From positions 9,802 through 73,801 of the forward strand of contig JBIPSI010000028.1 of assembly GCA_044070495.1 (NCBI GenBank): a stretch of DNA of 64,000 nucleotides, given 5' to 3'. Within the stretch, counting starts at the first letter, position 1, and the number at the start of each line of letters is the position of its first letter. A program made the translations under genes and the position numbers. Of this stretch, positions 50,618 through 61,085 are shown piece after piece. This DNA comes from Spirulina sp. GTDB lineage: Bacteria > Cyanobacteriota > Cyanobacteriia > Phormidesmidales > Phormidesmidaceae. The notes under the pieces were generated by a model, which saw only the letters and a program-made list of their open reading frames with translations, had not been told where the DNA came from and did not search any database.

Positions 50618-52939
50618 TTGACCAAGCCCATGCCCCCCTCCGAACCCGCGATCACCACCACATCCCCCAAAGCCTCCGGCCTAGGCACCTTTGGCGGGGT
50701 TTACACTCCCTCCATCCTGACTATTTTGGGGGTGATTATGTACCTCCGGTTTGGCTGGGTGGTGGGTAATGTGGGCCTATGGGGGGCGCTGGCGATTGTG
50801 ACGCTGGCCGTTAGCATTACCTTTCTAACGTCGTTGTCCATCAGCGCCATTGCTACGGATCGGATCGTGCGGGTGGGCGGGGCCTACTACATGATCAGCC
50901 GATCCCTCGGCATTGAAACGGGCGGCGCGGTGGGTATTCCCCTTTACTTTGCCCAGGCGCTTTCGGTGGCGCTCTACACCATTGGCTTTGCTGAAAGTGT
51001 GGTTGCCGCCTTTGGCCAGTTCAACCAAACCTATGTGGCGCTGATTGTGACCATTTTGGTGGCGGCCCTGGCCCTCACTTCGGCCCAGGTGGCGATTCGA
51101 GCCCAGTATGGGATCATGGCACTGATTGTGTTGTCGCTGCTGTCCTTGGCGTTGGGGTCGCCCCTGGAGGGGACGGAGGCCGTGCTCTGGCGGGTGACGG
51201 AGGGGGAGTCGTTTTGGCAGGTGTTTGCGGTGTTTTTCCCGGCGGTCACGGGGATTATGGCCGGGGTAAATATGTCGGGGGATTTGAAGGAGCCGACGCG
51301 ATCCATTCCCCTGGGTACCCTGGCGGCGGTGGGCACCAGCTATGTCATCTATATGGTGCTGCCAATTGTGTTGGCCATGCGGGCCGATGCCGCCACCCTG
51401 ATCGACGACCCCCTGGTGATGCAGCAAATAGCGCTGTGGGGGCCAGCGATTTTGCTGGGCATTTGGGGGGCCACCCTCTCCAGTGCCATTGGCAGTATTC
51501 TCGGTGCGCCCCGGATTTTACAGGCCCTAGCGCGGGACGGGGTGTTGCCAAGCTGGCTGAACTTTTTGGGCCAGGGCAGCGGGCCGAATGACGAACCCCG
51601 TCTGGGTACGACGGTCACGTTGGGGGTGGCGGTGGCGGCGGTAACGGTGGGCGATCTCAACCTGATTGCCCCGGTGCTGACCATGTTTTTTTTGACCACC
51701 TATCTCGTCCTCAACGTGGCGGCGGGGGTGGAAGGCTTTCTGAACAGTCCCTCCTTTCGGCCCATATTTGCGGTGCATTGGTCATTGTCGGCCCTGGGGG
51801 CCTTAGGCTGTCTGGCGGTGATGTTTTTGATTAACCCCGTGGCCACCCTGGTGGCGGGGATAATTGTGGTTGCCACCTTTTTATGGATTCAGCGTCGCGA
51901 ACTCCAAAGCACCTGGGGCGATGCCCGTCGCGGCCTTTGGATGATGTTGTTGAGAACCAGCCTGTTTCAGTTAGATCATGCCCCCGATCCCAAAAACTGG
52001 CGACCCAATATGTTGGTGTTGTCGGGGTCACCGATGCGTCGCTGGGGGCTGATTAAGCTGGCCAATGCCCTGAACCACAACCGGGGGCTGTTTACCGTCA
52101 CCAGCATTTTGCCCAGCGGATCGCGTAGCATTCGGCAGCAGCAGGAAATGGAAGTGAGTATCAGCCGCTTTCTGCAAGAACGGGGAGTGCAAGCCTTGGT
52201 GCGGGTGCTCACCGCCCCGGATCCCTTTGAGGGGGTGGAGCGCATGGTGGAAATTTACGGGCTAGGGCCGCTGGTGCCCGATACCGTGCTGCTGGGCGAT
52301 AACGAAACCCTGGCCAACCGAGATCGCTATTGCCACCTGATTACCCAACTCTATCGGTCGGAGCGCAACGTGATCATTTACTGTGATCGCAACGCCAAAA
52401 ATCGTGACCCCGAAAACCGCGATGCCGACAATCGTGAATCGGGAGACCCTGCCGCTGAAAGTCGTCCCCCCGAAGCCAGTCTCTTTGGCCAACGGCCCTA
52501 TCGCCAACGGCCCTATCGGCAAATTGACGTGTGGTGGGGCGGCTTGCGGGGCAATGGAGCGCTAATGCTGATTATTGCTGAGCTACTGCGGGACGGCATT
52601 GAATGGCGCTACGCCGAGATCCATCTCAAACTGGTGGTGCCCAACGAACAGGCCGCCACCACCGTCAGGGCGAACCTGAAGACCCTCGCCCAAGCCCTCC
52701 GCGTCAACGCCGTAGTAACGGTTCTGGTGGCCGAGGGGCGATCCTTTAACGACATCCTGCACCAGTCCTCCCGCCGCGCCGACATGGTGATTATGGGGCT
52801 AGCCGAACCCCAGGACGACTTCTGTGCCTACTACACCGCCGTTCAACAGCGTGTTGCCGATTTGCCCACCACCCTGCTGGTGTTGGCTGCCCCCAACTTT
52901 GCCTTTAACGCCATCCTCGATAAAGAGGTCGCCGCCTAG
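50618..52939 (+). CDS. Cation-chloride cotransporter (SLC12-like, APC superfamily)
   Basis: LGTFGGV, GVIMYLRFGW, GGAYYMISRSLG, FFPAVTGIMAG.NMSGDL, KNWRP, IDVWW. Confidence 0.9.
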   Translation: MTKPMPPSEPAITTTSPKASGLGTFGGVYTPSILTILGVIMYLRFGWVVGNVGLWGALAIVTLAVSITFLTSLSISAIATDRIVRVGGAYYMISRSLGIETGGAVGIPLYFAQALSVALYTIGFAESVVAAFGQFNQTYVALIVTILVAALALTSAQVAIRAQYGIMALIVLSLLSLALGSPLEGTEAVLWRVTEGESFWQVFAVFFPAVTGIMAGVNMSGDLKEPTRSIPLGTLAAVGTSYVIYMVLPIVLAMRADAATLIDDPLVMQQIALWGPAILLGIWGATLSSAIGSILGAPRILQALARDGVLPSWLNFLGQGSGPNDEPRLGTTVTLGVAVAAVTVGDLNLIAPVLTMFFLTTYLVLNVAAGVEGFLNSPSFRPIFAVHWSLSALGALGCLAVMFLINPVATLVAGIIVVATFLWIQRRELQSTWGDARRGLWMMLLRTSLFQLDHAPDPKNWRPNMLVLSGSPMRRWGLIKLANALNHNRGLFTVTSILPSGSRSIRQQQEMEVSISRFLQERGVQALVRVLTAPDPFEGVERMVEIYGLGPLVPDTVLLGDNETLANRDRYCHLITQLYRSERNVIIYCDRNAKNRDPENRDADNRESGDPAAESRPPEASLFGQRPYRQRPYRQIDVWWGGLRGNGALMLIIAELLRDGIEWRYAEIHLKLVVPNEQAATTVRANLKTLAQALRVNAVVTVLVAEGRSFNDILHQSSRRADMVIMGLAEPQDDFCAYYTAVQQRVADLPTTLLVLAAPNFAFNAILDKEVAA

Positions 52940-53149
52940 CCCATGGCATCGTTCCCAGGAGACACGGCTTTTGCCCCAAAACGCTACCGTTTTGCCCCCG
53001 GACTTGGTATAACAGGGGTCTTGCCCGTACCGTACGACGCGGAGCTACCCTAGGTCAAAGACATCCCCTGGCGTTCTACCCTAGGTTAGGGTTGACCTGT
53101 GCCTTCCGGCCTGCACCCTGTACCCCTATCTATACTTTTGAACCAACCC

Positions 53150-53674
53150 ATGACAGACTCCACCAATCCCAAAGTCTTTTTTGATATCACCATTGGCGGC
53201 ACCCCCGCTGGCCGCATTGTGATGGAGCTACGGGCCGATGTCGCCCCCAAAACCGCCGAGAACTTCCGAGCCTTGTGCACCGGAGAAAAGGGCATGGGCA
53301 CCTCCGGCAAGCCCCTGCATTTCAAGGGGTCTAGCTTCCACCGCATCATCCCCGAATTTATGTGCCAAGGGGGCGACTTTACCCGTGGCAACGGCACGGG
53401 TGGCGAGTCCATCTATGGCACAAAATTTGCCGATGAAAACTTTACCCTCAAGCACACAAGCCCTGGTCTGCTGAGCATGGCTAACGCTGGCCCCAACACC
53501 AACGGTTCCCAGTTTTTCCTCACCACCGTGGCCACCCCCTGGCTAGACGGCAAGCACGTGGTCTTCGGCAGCGTGGTGGAAGGCATGGATGTGGTGGAAA
53601 CCATGGAACAGGTGGGCAGCCGCAGCGGCCAAACCTCCCAACCCGTGGTAATTGCCGACTGTGGCGAACTGTAG
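53150..53674 (+). CDS. Cyclophilin-type peptidyl-prolyl cis-trans isomerase
   Basis: [56 protein letters not shown]. Confidence 0.96.
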   Translation: MTDSTNPKVFFDITIGGTPAGRIVMELRADVAPKTAENFRALCTGEKGMGTSGKPLHFKGSSFHRIIPEFMCQGGDFTRGNGTGGESIYGTKFADENFTLKHTSPGLLSMANAGPNTNGSQFFLTTVATPWLDGKHVVFGSVVEGMDVVETMEQVGSRSGQTSQPVVIADCGEL

Positions 53675-53734
53675 CGATAGACTCGCTGCCAGGACATTCC
53701 TCCGATAATTTCAGTTAATTTCAGTTGCCAAAGT

Positions 53735-53770
53735 AGAGTCCCTAGGGTGCGATGACACTCCAGGGACTCT
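53735..53770. terminator. Hairpin between convergent cyclophilin and nrtD
   Basis: AGAGTCCCT...AGGGACTCT inverted repeat. Confidence 0.5.
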
Positions 53771-53814
53771 GTCGTACAGGGCGTTTATTTGGGGCTAGAT
53801 GACCGACACGGGGC

Positions 53815-54654
53815 TTACTCCGTATCGTCGTGGGCATAGCGGTGGTAGAGGAAGTCGAGGGCTTCGTTACGGAGTTCGTAGAAGCGGGGGTCTTCCATAA
53901 TGCGGCTGCGGTCGCGGGGGCGGGCGAAGGGCACGGTCATCACTTCGCCAATTTGGGCGGCGGGGCCGTTGGTCATCATTACCACCCGGTCGGCCAAAAA
54001 TAGGGCTTCATCGATGTCGTGGGTGATCATCAACACGGTAATTTTGTGGTCTTGCCAAATTTTGAGTAGCTCCTCCTGAAGCTCCTCGCGGGTGATGGGG
54101 TCGAGGGCACCGAAGGGCTCATCCAAAATCAGCACCTTGGGCCGCAGGGCCAGGGCACGGGCAATGCAGACCCGCTGCTTCATACCGCCGGAGAGGGCAC
54201 CGGGCTTTTTGTGGGCGGATTCTTCAAGACCCACTAGGGCCAAGTGCTCCATCACAATCCGCTTTTTTACCTTTTCTGGCTTGTTGGGGAAGACGGAATC
54301 CACGCCCAGATAAATGTTTTCGTAGGCCGTCAGCCAGGGCAGCAGGGAATAGTTTTGGAACACCACCATGCGGTCGGGGCCGGGTTCTTGGATGGGCTGA
54401 GTTTCTAGGCGTACCTGGCCTTCGGTGGGTTGCCGAAAGCCCGCCACCATATCCAGCAGGGTGGATTTGCCGCAGCCGGAGTGGCCGATGACGCAGACAA
54501 ATTCCCCCTCCTGCACCGTTAGGTTGATGCCATCCAGCACCACATACTCCCCGGTGGGGGTGGGGTAGACCTTCGAGAGGTTGTCAATGACGAGAAACGG
54601 TTCCTGGGTGAGGGAATCGGTGGGGGATTGGGTGAGGGAGTTTAGCACTTGCAT
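53815..54654 (-). CDS. nrtD: Nitrate/nitrite ABC transporter ATP-binding protein
   Basis: [35 protein letters not shown]. Confidence 0.92.
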   Translation of the reverse strand: MQVLNSLTQSPTDSLTQEPFLVIDNLSKVYPTPTGEYVVLDGINLTVQEGEFVCVIGHSGCGKSTLLDMVAGFRQPTEGQVRLETQPIQEPGPDRMVVFQNYSLLPWLTAYENIYLGVDSVFPNKPEKVKKRIVMEHLALVGLEESAHKKPGALSGGMKQRVCIARALALRPKVLILDEPFGALDPITREELQEELLKIWQDHKITVLMITHDIDEALFLADRVVMMTNGPAAQIGEVMTVPFARPRDRSRIMEDPRFYELRNEALDFLYHRYAHDDTE

Positions 54655-54745
54655 GGTCAGAGTTAGGGGTGAAGATTGGACGAATCAGCGATTCCGGCTC
54701 CCCTCTCCTTCCTGGGAGAGGGGCTGGGGGTGAGGGCCAAGGGGA

Positions 54746-56743
54746 CTATCGCCTCACCGCATTCATCGGCATTTCTTCAACGCGGAGGTCGCGTTTAATG
54801 GCGAATTGGTTGAGATAGTCGAGGGGATGGTCGGGGTCGAAGGAGATGCCGTCGAAGAGGGTGATGGCGTGGCGGTCGCGGCCAATATCTAGCAGACCCA
54901 GTTCGCGGGCGGCTTGGCCAAAGATGTCGGATCGCTTCACCCGTTCCGCCACCTCTAGCCAGTTTCGCGGGAAGGGGGTGATACCCCAGCGGGCCATTTG
55001 GGTCATCATCCACACCGCCTCGGTAACATCCGGGAAGTTGGTTTTACCCGTAAAGAACTGGATGTAGTTGTGGATGGGCTGCGGCTCGCTGCCGTCGCCC
55101 CGGTCGTAGGGGTCGATAAAGCCTTGGCGAATCAGGGCCTCATCGGCTCCGACATATTCGGGACGGGCCAGCATTTCGGCGATTTCTTCCCGGTTGCGGC
55201 GGTCGTCGCAGTATTCGCAGGCTTCTAGCAGCGCCTTCACGAGGGCGATGTGGGTTTTGGGATACTGGTTGGCCCAGGCTTCGGTGACGCCCAGCACCTT
55301 TTCGATGTGTCCCGGCCAGATGTCGTTATCCGTGGCCAGCACCACGCCCTGCCCCTCGGCTACGGCACGGGCATTCCAAGGTTCGCCCACACAGTAGCCG
55401 TCGATGGTGCCCGCCTTCAGGTTCGAGACCATCTGGGCCGGAGGAATCACCGTCACGCTCACGTCCCGGTCAGGGTCGATGCCGCCCGCTGCCAGCCAGT
55501 AGCGCAGCAGCAGATTGTGCATAGAGGTGGGATGCACCGCCGCCAGGGTGTGCACTTGGTCGGGCCGACGGTCGAGGGCCGCTTTGAAATCCGCCAGGGA
55601 ACGCACGCCCTGATCAAACAGGCGCTTGCTAAAGGTGATGGCGTTGCCATTGCGGCTGAGGGTGAGGGCGCTCACCATCGGAGTGGGGCGCTGGTTGCCA
55701 TAGCCCAGGGTTAGGCCCAAGGGCATCCCCGCCACCATCATCGAAGCATCCAGTCGACCACTGGTGACACCATCGGCAATGGCATTCCAACTGGGCTCCC
55801 GGTTTAGGGTCACTTGGCTGAGGCCGTGGGCTTCAAACAGCCCCTTTTCCTTGGCCACAATCAACGGCGCACAGTCCACCAGGGGAATGAAGCCCAGTTC
55901 CAGGTTCACCTTCTCCAAACCGTTGGCCGCCATCGCCACCGCTGGCTTGGAACGCTGGAGTTTGGCCCGCTTCTGTTGATTCAGGAAGTAGACAATCTCA
56001 TTCCGCAGGCTGTAGTAGTTGGGGTGCTTCACCACTTCCATGCGCTCACGGGGGCGGGGGAAGGGCACATCTACAATCTGGCCGACGTGGGCCTCCGGGC
56101 CGTTGGTCATCAGCACAATGCGGTCGCTCAGCAGCAGCGCCTCGTCCACGTCGTGGGTCACCATCACACAGGTGACTTCGTGCTCTTGGCAAATCTGCAT
56201 CAGTTGTTCCTGCAAACCGCCACGGGTGAGGGCATCTAGCGCCCCAAAGGGTTCATCCAGCAGCAGCAACTTGGGCCGAATCGCCAGGGCACGGGCAATG
56301 GCCACCCGCTGTTTCATGCCGCCGGAGATCTGCCCCGGTCGCTTCTCCGCCGCCTTTTGCAGCCCCACCATCTCAATGTGGTGATCCACCATTCGCTTCC
56401 GCACCGCCTTGGGGTGGTGCCCCATCACCTGGTTCACCGCCAGCTCGATGTTTTGGCGCACCGTCAGCCAGGGCAGCAGGGAATAGTTCTGGAACACCAC
56501 CATGCGGTCGGGGCCAGGTTCCGTTACCTGTCGCCCCTCTAGCACAATGCCCCCAGCGGTGGGTTGGTCGAGGCCCGACAGAATATTCAACAGGGTCGAT
56601 TTACCGCAGCCAGAATGCCCCACCAGGGAAACAAATTCCCCTTTGTGAATATGGAGATCAATATTTTTTAGGGCAATATATTCCCCACCATCGGGCAGGT
56701 TAAAGACGCGATCTACGTGGTCAACTTCAACAAAAACAGCCAT
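54746..56743 (-). CDS. nrtC: Nitrate/nitrite ABC transporter ATP-binding protein with C-terminal NrtA-like domain
   Basis: ABC domain plus [14 protein letters not shown]...GYCVGEPWN. Confidence 0.93.
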   Translation of the reverse strand: MAVFVEVDHVDRVFNLPDGGEYIALKNIDLHIHKGEFVSLVGHSGCGKSTLLNILSGLDQPTAGGIVLEGRQVTEPGPDRMVVFQNYSLLPWLTVRQNIELAVNQVMGHHPKAVRKRMVDHHIEMVGLQKAAEKRPGQISGGMKQRVAIARALAIRPKLLLLDEPFGALDALTRGGLQEQLMQICQEHEVTCVMVTHDVDEALLLSDRIVLMTNGPEAHVGQIVDVPFPRPRERMEVVKHPNYYSLRNEIVYFLNQQKRAKLQRSKPAVAMAANGLEKVNLELGFIPLVDCAPLIVAKEKGLFEAHGLSQVTLNREPSWNAIADGVTSGRLDASMMVAGMPLGLTLGYGNQRPTPMVSALTLSRNGNAITFSKRLFDQGVRSLADFKAALDRRPDQVHTLAAVHPTSMHNLLLRYWLAAGGIDPDRDVSVTVIPPAQMVSNLKAGTIDGYCVGEPWNARAVAEGQGVVLATDNDIWPGHIEKVLGVTEAWANQYPKTHIALVKALLEACEYCDDRRNREEIAEMLARPEYVGADEALIRQGFIDPYDRGDGSEPQPIHNYIQFFTGKTNFPDVTEAVWMMTQMARWGITPFPRNWLEVAERVKRSDIFGQAARELGLLDIGRDRHAITLFDGISFDPDHPLDYLNQFAIKRDLRVEEMPMNAVRR

Positions 56744-56788
56744 GGTTCTTTAGGGTGTTGGGGATTTGGGATGCAAGATTGAGTAAAT

Positions 56789-56881
56789 GTAGGTTGGGTG
56801 GCGCGATAGCAGAACCCAACAAAAGTCTGTGGTGTGGTGTGTTTAGCCTGGTGGTGCATTGCTTCGCGAATGCACCCTACG
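56789..56881. repeat. Hybrid inverted doublet of two different GTAG REP-like families
   Basis: GTAGGTTGGGTGG...AACCCAAC and TGGTGCATT...AATGCACCCTAC facing each other. Confidence 0.75.
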
Positions 56882-57026
56882 AGATGCTCTACTTAAACCA
56901 GACTTTAGGGTTCTTGTTTGGATGCTTTGTTACCGTCTTGGCTTAAGTCAAAGAGTCCTAGGATTTCCCCTCTTACTCCCCTCTCCCCGTGGGAGAGGGG
57001 CTGGGGGTGAGGGCTAGGTGAGGACT

Positions 57027-57872
57027 CTATTTCTTCTGCTCTTCAGGCAAAACAAGGCCACCGATGAACACAATCAACCGATCCAGCAACAGACCCACCA
57101 CACCGACGTAGACAATGGCGATGATGATGTCGCTGATGCGGGAACTGTTCCAGGAATCCCAGATAAAGAAGCCGATGCCGACGCCGCCAATCAACATTTC
57201 CGCCGCCACAATCGCCAGCCAAGACAGGCCGATGCCGATGCGAAGTCCGGTAAAAATGTAGGGCACGGTGGCGGGAAACAGAATCTTGAAAAAATAGGTG
57301 GGCTTGGAGAGCTTCAGAACCTTAGCAACGTTGTTATAGTCCTGGGGAATTTGGCGAACACCTTCGGTAGTGTTAATGATAATTGGCCAAATCGCGGTAA
57401 TAAAAATCACGAAAATCGAGGCTGGCCCCGCCTGCTGAATGGCCGCCAGGGAAATCGGCAACCAGGCCAAGGGAGGCACCGTTCTCAAAATTTGAAACAG
57501 CGGATCAAGGGCACTATACATCAGCGGGCTAGTGCCCACCAAAATGCCGAGGGCCACGCCAGCCACCGCCGCCAAGGAAAAGCCAATGGCTACCCGCTGT
57601 AGACTGCTCCACACCTGCCAAAACAGGCCTTTATCCGTGCCACCATAGTCGAAAAAGGGATTGATAATCAGTTCCCAAGTGTCCTGAATTGTGCGGATGG
57701 GCGTGGGCAAACTGGCATTTGGCCCCATCGTTAGCACTTGCCAAATGGCCAGGAAAATCAAAATAGCCACGGCGGGGGGAATCAGACCCTTGAGCCAGTT
57801 GAGGGCCTGCTGGCCTAGACGGGCCACATTAAAGCGTGATCGGGTCGGACGAATATCGAGGGGTGCGGTCAT
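57027..57872 (-). CDS. nrtB: Nitrate/nitrite ABC transporter permease
   Basis: PFFDYGGTDKGLFWQ, LRTVPPLAWLP, GLSWLAIVAAEM. Confidence 0.93.
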   Translation of the reverse strand: MTAPLDIRPTRSRFNVARLGQQALNWLKGLIPPAVAILIFLAIWQVLTMGPNASLPTPIRTIQDTWELIINPFFDYGGTDKGLFWQVWSSLQRVAIGFSLAAVAGVALGILVGTSPLMYSALDPLFQILRTVPPLAWLPISLAAIQQAGPASIFVIFITAIWPIIINTTEGVRQIPQDYNNVAKVLKLSKPTYFFKILFPATVPYIFTGLRIGIGLSWLAIVAAEMLIGGVGIGFFIWDSWNSSRISDIIIAIVYVGVVGLLLDRLIVFIGGLVLPEEQKK

Positions 57873-57912
57873 CGGTGATCTCCAGTGGCGAGGGTGCGGG
57901 GTGATGTGGGTT

Positions 57913-57996
57913 GGATCCCCCCCAGCCCCCCTTGAAAAGGGGGGAGTAAAGAGTATTTAAAGACCCCCTTCTCAAGGGGGATTTTGGGGGATCTCC
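57913..57996. repeat. MITE core without TIRs
   Basis: GATCCCCCCCAGCCCCCCTTGAAAAGGGGGG...CCCCCTTCTCAAGGGGGATTTTGGGGGATCTCC. Confidence 0.75.
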
Positions 57997-58025
57997 GGGG
58001 TGCGGTGGCTAGGTTCAGACCAGAG

Positions 58026-59354
58026 TTAGACCTTTTTGATCGTCAGGCTGTCCAGATAAGCCTGGGGATTTTCGGGGTCGAAGGTGATGCCATCGAAGAA
58101 GGTTTCCACGCCGCGAGAGGGGCTGGCGGGAATCGCGGCCTCTTGGCCAATGGCGGTGGCGGCTTCGCGCCAGAGGTCTTCCCGGTTGACACCATCCACC
58201 CAAGCATTGACATCGGTATCCGCAGGTAGCAGACCCCAGCGAATGTTTTCTACCAGGAACCAGAGATCGTGGCTCTTGTAGGGGTAGGAGGCGTTGTCGG
58301 CCCAGTATTTCTGCATCAGGTCGGGCAGTTCTTCTACGCGGCCATTGCCAAAGTCAAACTTGCCCATGGAACGGTCGATAATGTCTTCAAAGGGCACGTT
58401 GAACCAGGCCCGTTCGGAGAGGATGCGGCACATTTCCTCTTTGTTTTCGGGCTGGTCGCACCACATTTGCGCTTCCAATACCGCCATCAGCATGGCCTTG
58501 GTGGCGTTGGGGTGAGCATCCACCCAGTCGGCCCGCATGCCAAAGGCTTTTTCGGGGTGGTCTTTCCACATTTCTCCGGTGGTGAGGGCGTTGAAGCCAA
58601 TTTGCTGGTTCACGGTTTGCAGGGGCCAGGGTTCGCCCACGCAGAAGGCGTCCATATTGCCCACCTTGGCGTTGGCCACCATCTGGGCCGGAGGCACCAC
58701 AATGGTGGAGATTTCGGTATCGGGGTCAATGCCGCCCGCCGCCAGCCAGTAGCGAATCCACATGTCGTGGGTGCCGCCAGGGAAGGTCATGGCCGCCTTC
58801 AGGTCTTTGCCGCCAGATTTGAGCCGTGCAAACTCGGCCTTCAGGGGGCTGCTATCCACCCCAACATTGAGGCTGGCATACTCATTCGGCAGGGAAATCC
58901 CTTGGCCGTTGACGTTCAAGCGGGCCAGGATGTACATGGGCACCTTATTGCCATCGGTGACAATGCCCTGGGAAATGAGGTAGGGCATGGGGGTGAGAAT
59001 GTGCGCCCCATCAATGCCGCCGCCGCCGGAACCGAGCACGATGTTGTCGCGGGTGGTGCCCCAGGAGGCTTGCTTTTCGACGGACACATCGGTCATGCCG
59101 TACTTGTCGAAAAAGCCCTTCACCTTACCAATAATCAACGGGGCCGAGTCGGTGAGGGCAATGAAACCCAGCCGAGCCGTGGTGGTTTCTAGCCCTTCCA
59201 CCGGCCCAGCGGCGGGGGTGGTCGAAGAACCCGCATCAGCGCCCGCATCGGCGGCAGTGTTGGAACCCCCTTGGCTACAGGCGTGGAGGAAAACCGTGCC
59301 AGCGGCGGCGGTGCTAGCGGTGAACAAAAACTTACGACGATTGAGACGAGTCAT
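58026..59354 (-). CDS. nrtA: Nitrate/nitrite ABC transporter substrate-binding lipoprotein
   Basis: NRRKFL signal, LHAC lipobox, LGFIALTD, TFPGGTHD, HPEKAF (NrtA-type Lys rather than CmpA HPEE); NtcA promoter upstream. Confidence 0.92.
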   Translation of the reverse strand: MTRLNRRKFLFTASTAAAGTVFLHACSQGGSNTAADAGADAGSSTTPAAGPVEGLETTTARLGFIALTDSAPLIIGKVKGFFDKYGMTDVSVEKQASWGTTRDNIVLGSGGGGIDGAHILTPMPYLISQGIVTDGNKVPMYILARLNVNGQGISLPNEYASLNVGVDSSPLKAEFARLKSGGKDLKAAMTFPGGTHDMWIRYWLAAGGIDPDTEISTIVVPPAQMVANAKVGNMDAFCVGEPWPLQTVNQQIGFNALTTGEMWKDHPEKAFGMRADWVDAHPNATKAMLMAVLEAQMWCDQPENKEEMCRILSERAWFNVPFEDIIDRSMGKFDFGNGRVEELPDLMQKYWADNASYPYKSHDLWFLVENIRWGLLPADTDVNAWVDGVNREDLWREAATAIGQEAAIPASPSRGVETFFDGITFDPENPQAYLDSLTIKKV

Positions 59355-59730
59355 GGTTGATCCTTAGAATCCTAATAACCTAGGGCAACGCCACCCTTCA
59401 ACAGGGGACAAATGGACGAGATTGAAATGAGTAAATTGGTGATCGACGGCGCGTTTGATAGTCTCAAACACCGTCGTAGAAGCACATCAAAAACCAGAAT
59501 TAGGATCAACAGATCCGCCTTTAGGCTTTATCTGCAACTCTGGCTTATGGGCGGCTCAGCCTCAAGGAAAGGCCGTGGGAAGACCTCAAAAATTGACTCC
59601 CACAAAAGTCAGATAAGCCGACCTAAGCCCAATAAAGCGTGACCTTTTTAAACATGAATTGGCTTCCATCGGCTGAATGAAATCTCGGCAAAATTAGACT
59701 TTGAAAAATAGCTTGGTTATGTTTGTTAAC

Positions 59731-59772
59731 AAATTATTCAAACTTCAAGGGTGCTTTTGTATGTTTCGTTAC
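59731..59772 (-). promoter_or_regulatory. NtcA-activated promoter of nrtABCD
   Basis: GTA-ACGAAACA-TAC (59772-59759), 22-nt spacer, TAATTT (TAN3T). Confidence 0.88.
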
Positions 59773-59809
59773 GTTTTACCCTAGGCGATACTTTTCGTGC
59801 ATGGTTTAC

Positions 59810-59824
59810 ATGTAGATTTTGCAT
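59810..59824. promoter_or_regulatory. Candidate NtcB (LysR) site AT-N11-AT
   Basis: ATGTAGATTTTGCAT centred ~51 bp upstream of the NtcA site centre. Confidence 0.45.
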
Positions 59825-59851
59825 AATGCCCTCATTTTTCATCTCCAATGC

Positions 59852-59881
59852 AAAACAGGGGCCTCCGAGGAGACCCCTGTT
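59852..59881 (-). terminator. Intrinsic terminator of usp
   Basis: ACAGGGG..CTCC-GA-GGAG..CCCCTGT stem followed by TTTT on the minus strand. Confidence 0.7.
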
Positions 59882-59971
59882 ATCGGGCTATTTGCGGTTT
59901 TTGCTCCAGATCCCAGGGCTCTGACCGGTCATAGCGCCGTTGATGGGTTACGAGCTGAAGAACCCTGGGAT

Positions 59972-60826
59972 CTAACCCTGCATTCGGGTAATCAGCACGG
60001 GGCAGGGGGCATAGACCCGCACATAGTCGGTCAGCGATTCGCCCAGCACCTTATCTAAGTCGGGCAGTCCCTTGGCAATGCTGGGGCGGCGGTCGGGGGA
60101 ACCGAGGATCAGCAGGTCGATGTTGCGATCTTCCGCCAGTTGGCAAATGCGCTGTCCGGCCTTGCCTTCGGGGGCAGCCAGTTTGTAGGGCACACCATAC
60201 TTGCGGGCTTCTTCGGCAGCGGCCAACAGGACGGGGTCTTCGTTGGCGTCGATGGTGGTGATATCAAAGGGTTTGGCCTTCAGGCTAGAGACCGAGTGCA
60301 CCAGGGTAAGTTCGCCGCCCTTGATGTCGCGCAGCAGGGTGAGAGCGATGTTCAGCCCCTCCTTGGCCGAGTCGGATTTATCCATAGCCACCAGCACCCG
60401 CTTGATGGGGCGAATGGTGTAGAGGTCGTCCTTCACCAACAGCATGGGACGGGAGGCGAGTTGAAACACATACTGGCTGACGGAATTTTCCAGAATGGCC
60501 TTCAGCCCTTGCAGCCCCCGTGAGCCCATGATGATCAGGCTGGCGTCCGTTTCGTCGGCCACCTGCACCACCACATCCTTGGGGTCGCCTTCCCGCAGCA
60601 CCGCCGTCACCTTGCCCGGATCGAGGTTGAGGTTCTGAATGGCCGTGGCCAGGGTGCGTCCGCCCGCTTCCCACTTGCTGGCCATGGTTTCGGCAGACAC
60701 TTGGGATGGCACCACATGGAGCACCGTCACCGCCGCCCGCTGGATGAGGGGAATATCCATCAACACCTTCATCATGGCTTCGGTATTCCCAGTGCCAGAG
60801 TCGGCCAAAAGAATTTTTTCTATCAT
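59972..60826 (-). CDS. Tandem-domain universal stress protein
   Basis: KILLADSG, LIIMGSRGL, NSVSQYV; second domain RVLVAMDKS...PCPVL. Confidence 0.92.
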   Translation of the reverse strand: MIEKILLADSGTGNTEAMMKVLMDIPLIQRAAVTVLHVVPSQVSAETMASKWEAGGRTLATAIQNLNLDPGKVTAVLREGDPKDVVVQVADETDASLIIMGSRGLQGLKAILENSVSQYVFQLASRPMLLVKDDLYTIRPIKRVLVAMDKSDSAKEGLNIALTLLRDIKGGELTLVHSVSSLKAKPFDITTIDANEDPVLLAAAEEARKYGVPYKLAAPEGKAGQRICQLAEDRNIDLLILGSPDRRPSIAKGLPDLDKVLGESLTDYVRVYAPCPVLITRMQG

Positions 60827-61085
60827 GGGATCCTCGTCTCAAACTGCCGAATAAAAATTGTGATTCGCGAAAACGCGGGTAAATCGCCTCCATGGCAGGC
60901 CAAATAACGCTTTGCCCGTCGTCTACCTCAACCATCATAGGCATGGGCTTTGAACCTACTCGGCGACCATTCATAATTTGTATTGACGGGTGTCTTGGCG
61001 GGTCGATCAACGGGGGCAGAGACAGGCTAATTAGGCTAAGCTTGGCCTCGTTTGTCAATCGCTCGCTTGTCAATCTATTGTTCTG

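Noticed and set aside
58269..59192. Long antisense ORFs (also 12037-12843, 37091-37999, 46925-47605, 17887-18555)
   Set aside because: Shadow ORFs opposite well-supported genes in GC-rich DNA, with no recognisable motifs.
58026..59354. Bicarbonate transporter cmpABCD
   Set aside because: The HPEKAF motif and a canonical NtcA promoter indicate nrt.
60940..60970. GTAGGTTCAAAGCC on the minus strand resembling a tRNA T-loop
   Set aside because: No T-stem closure, acceptor stem or anticodon arm.
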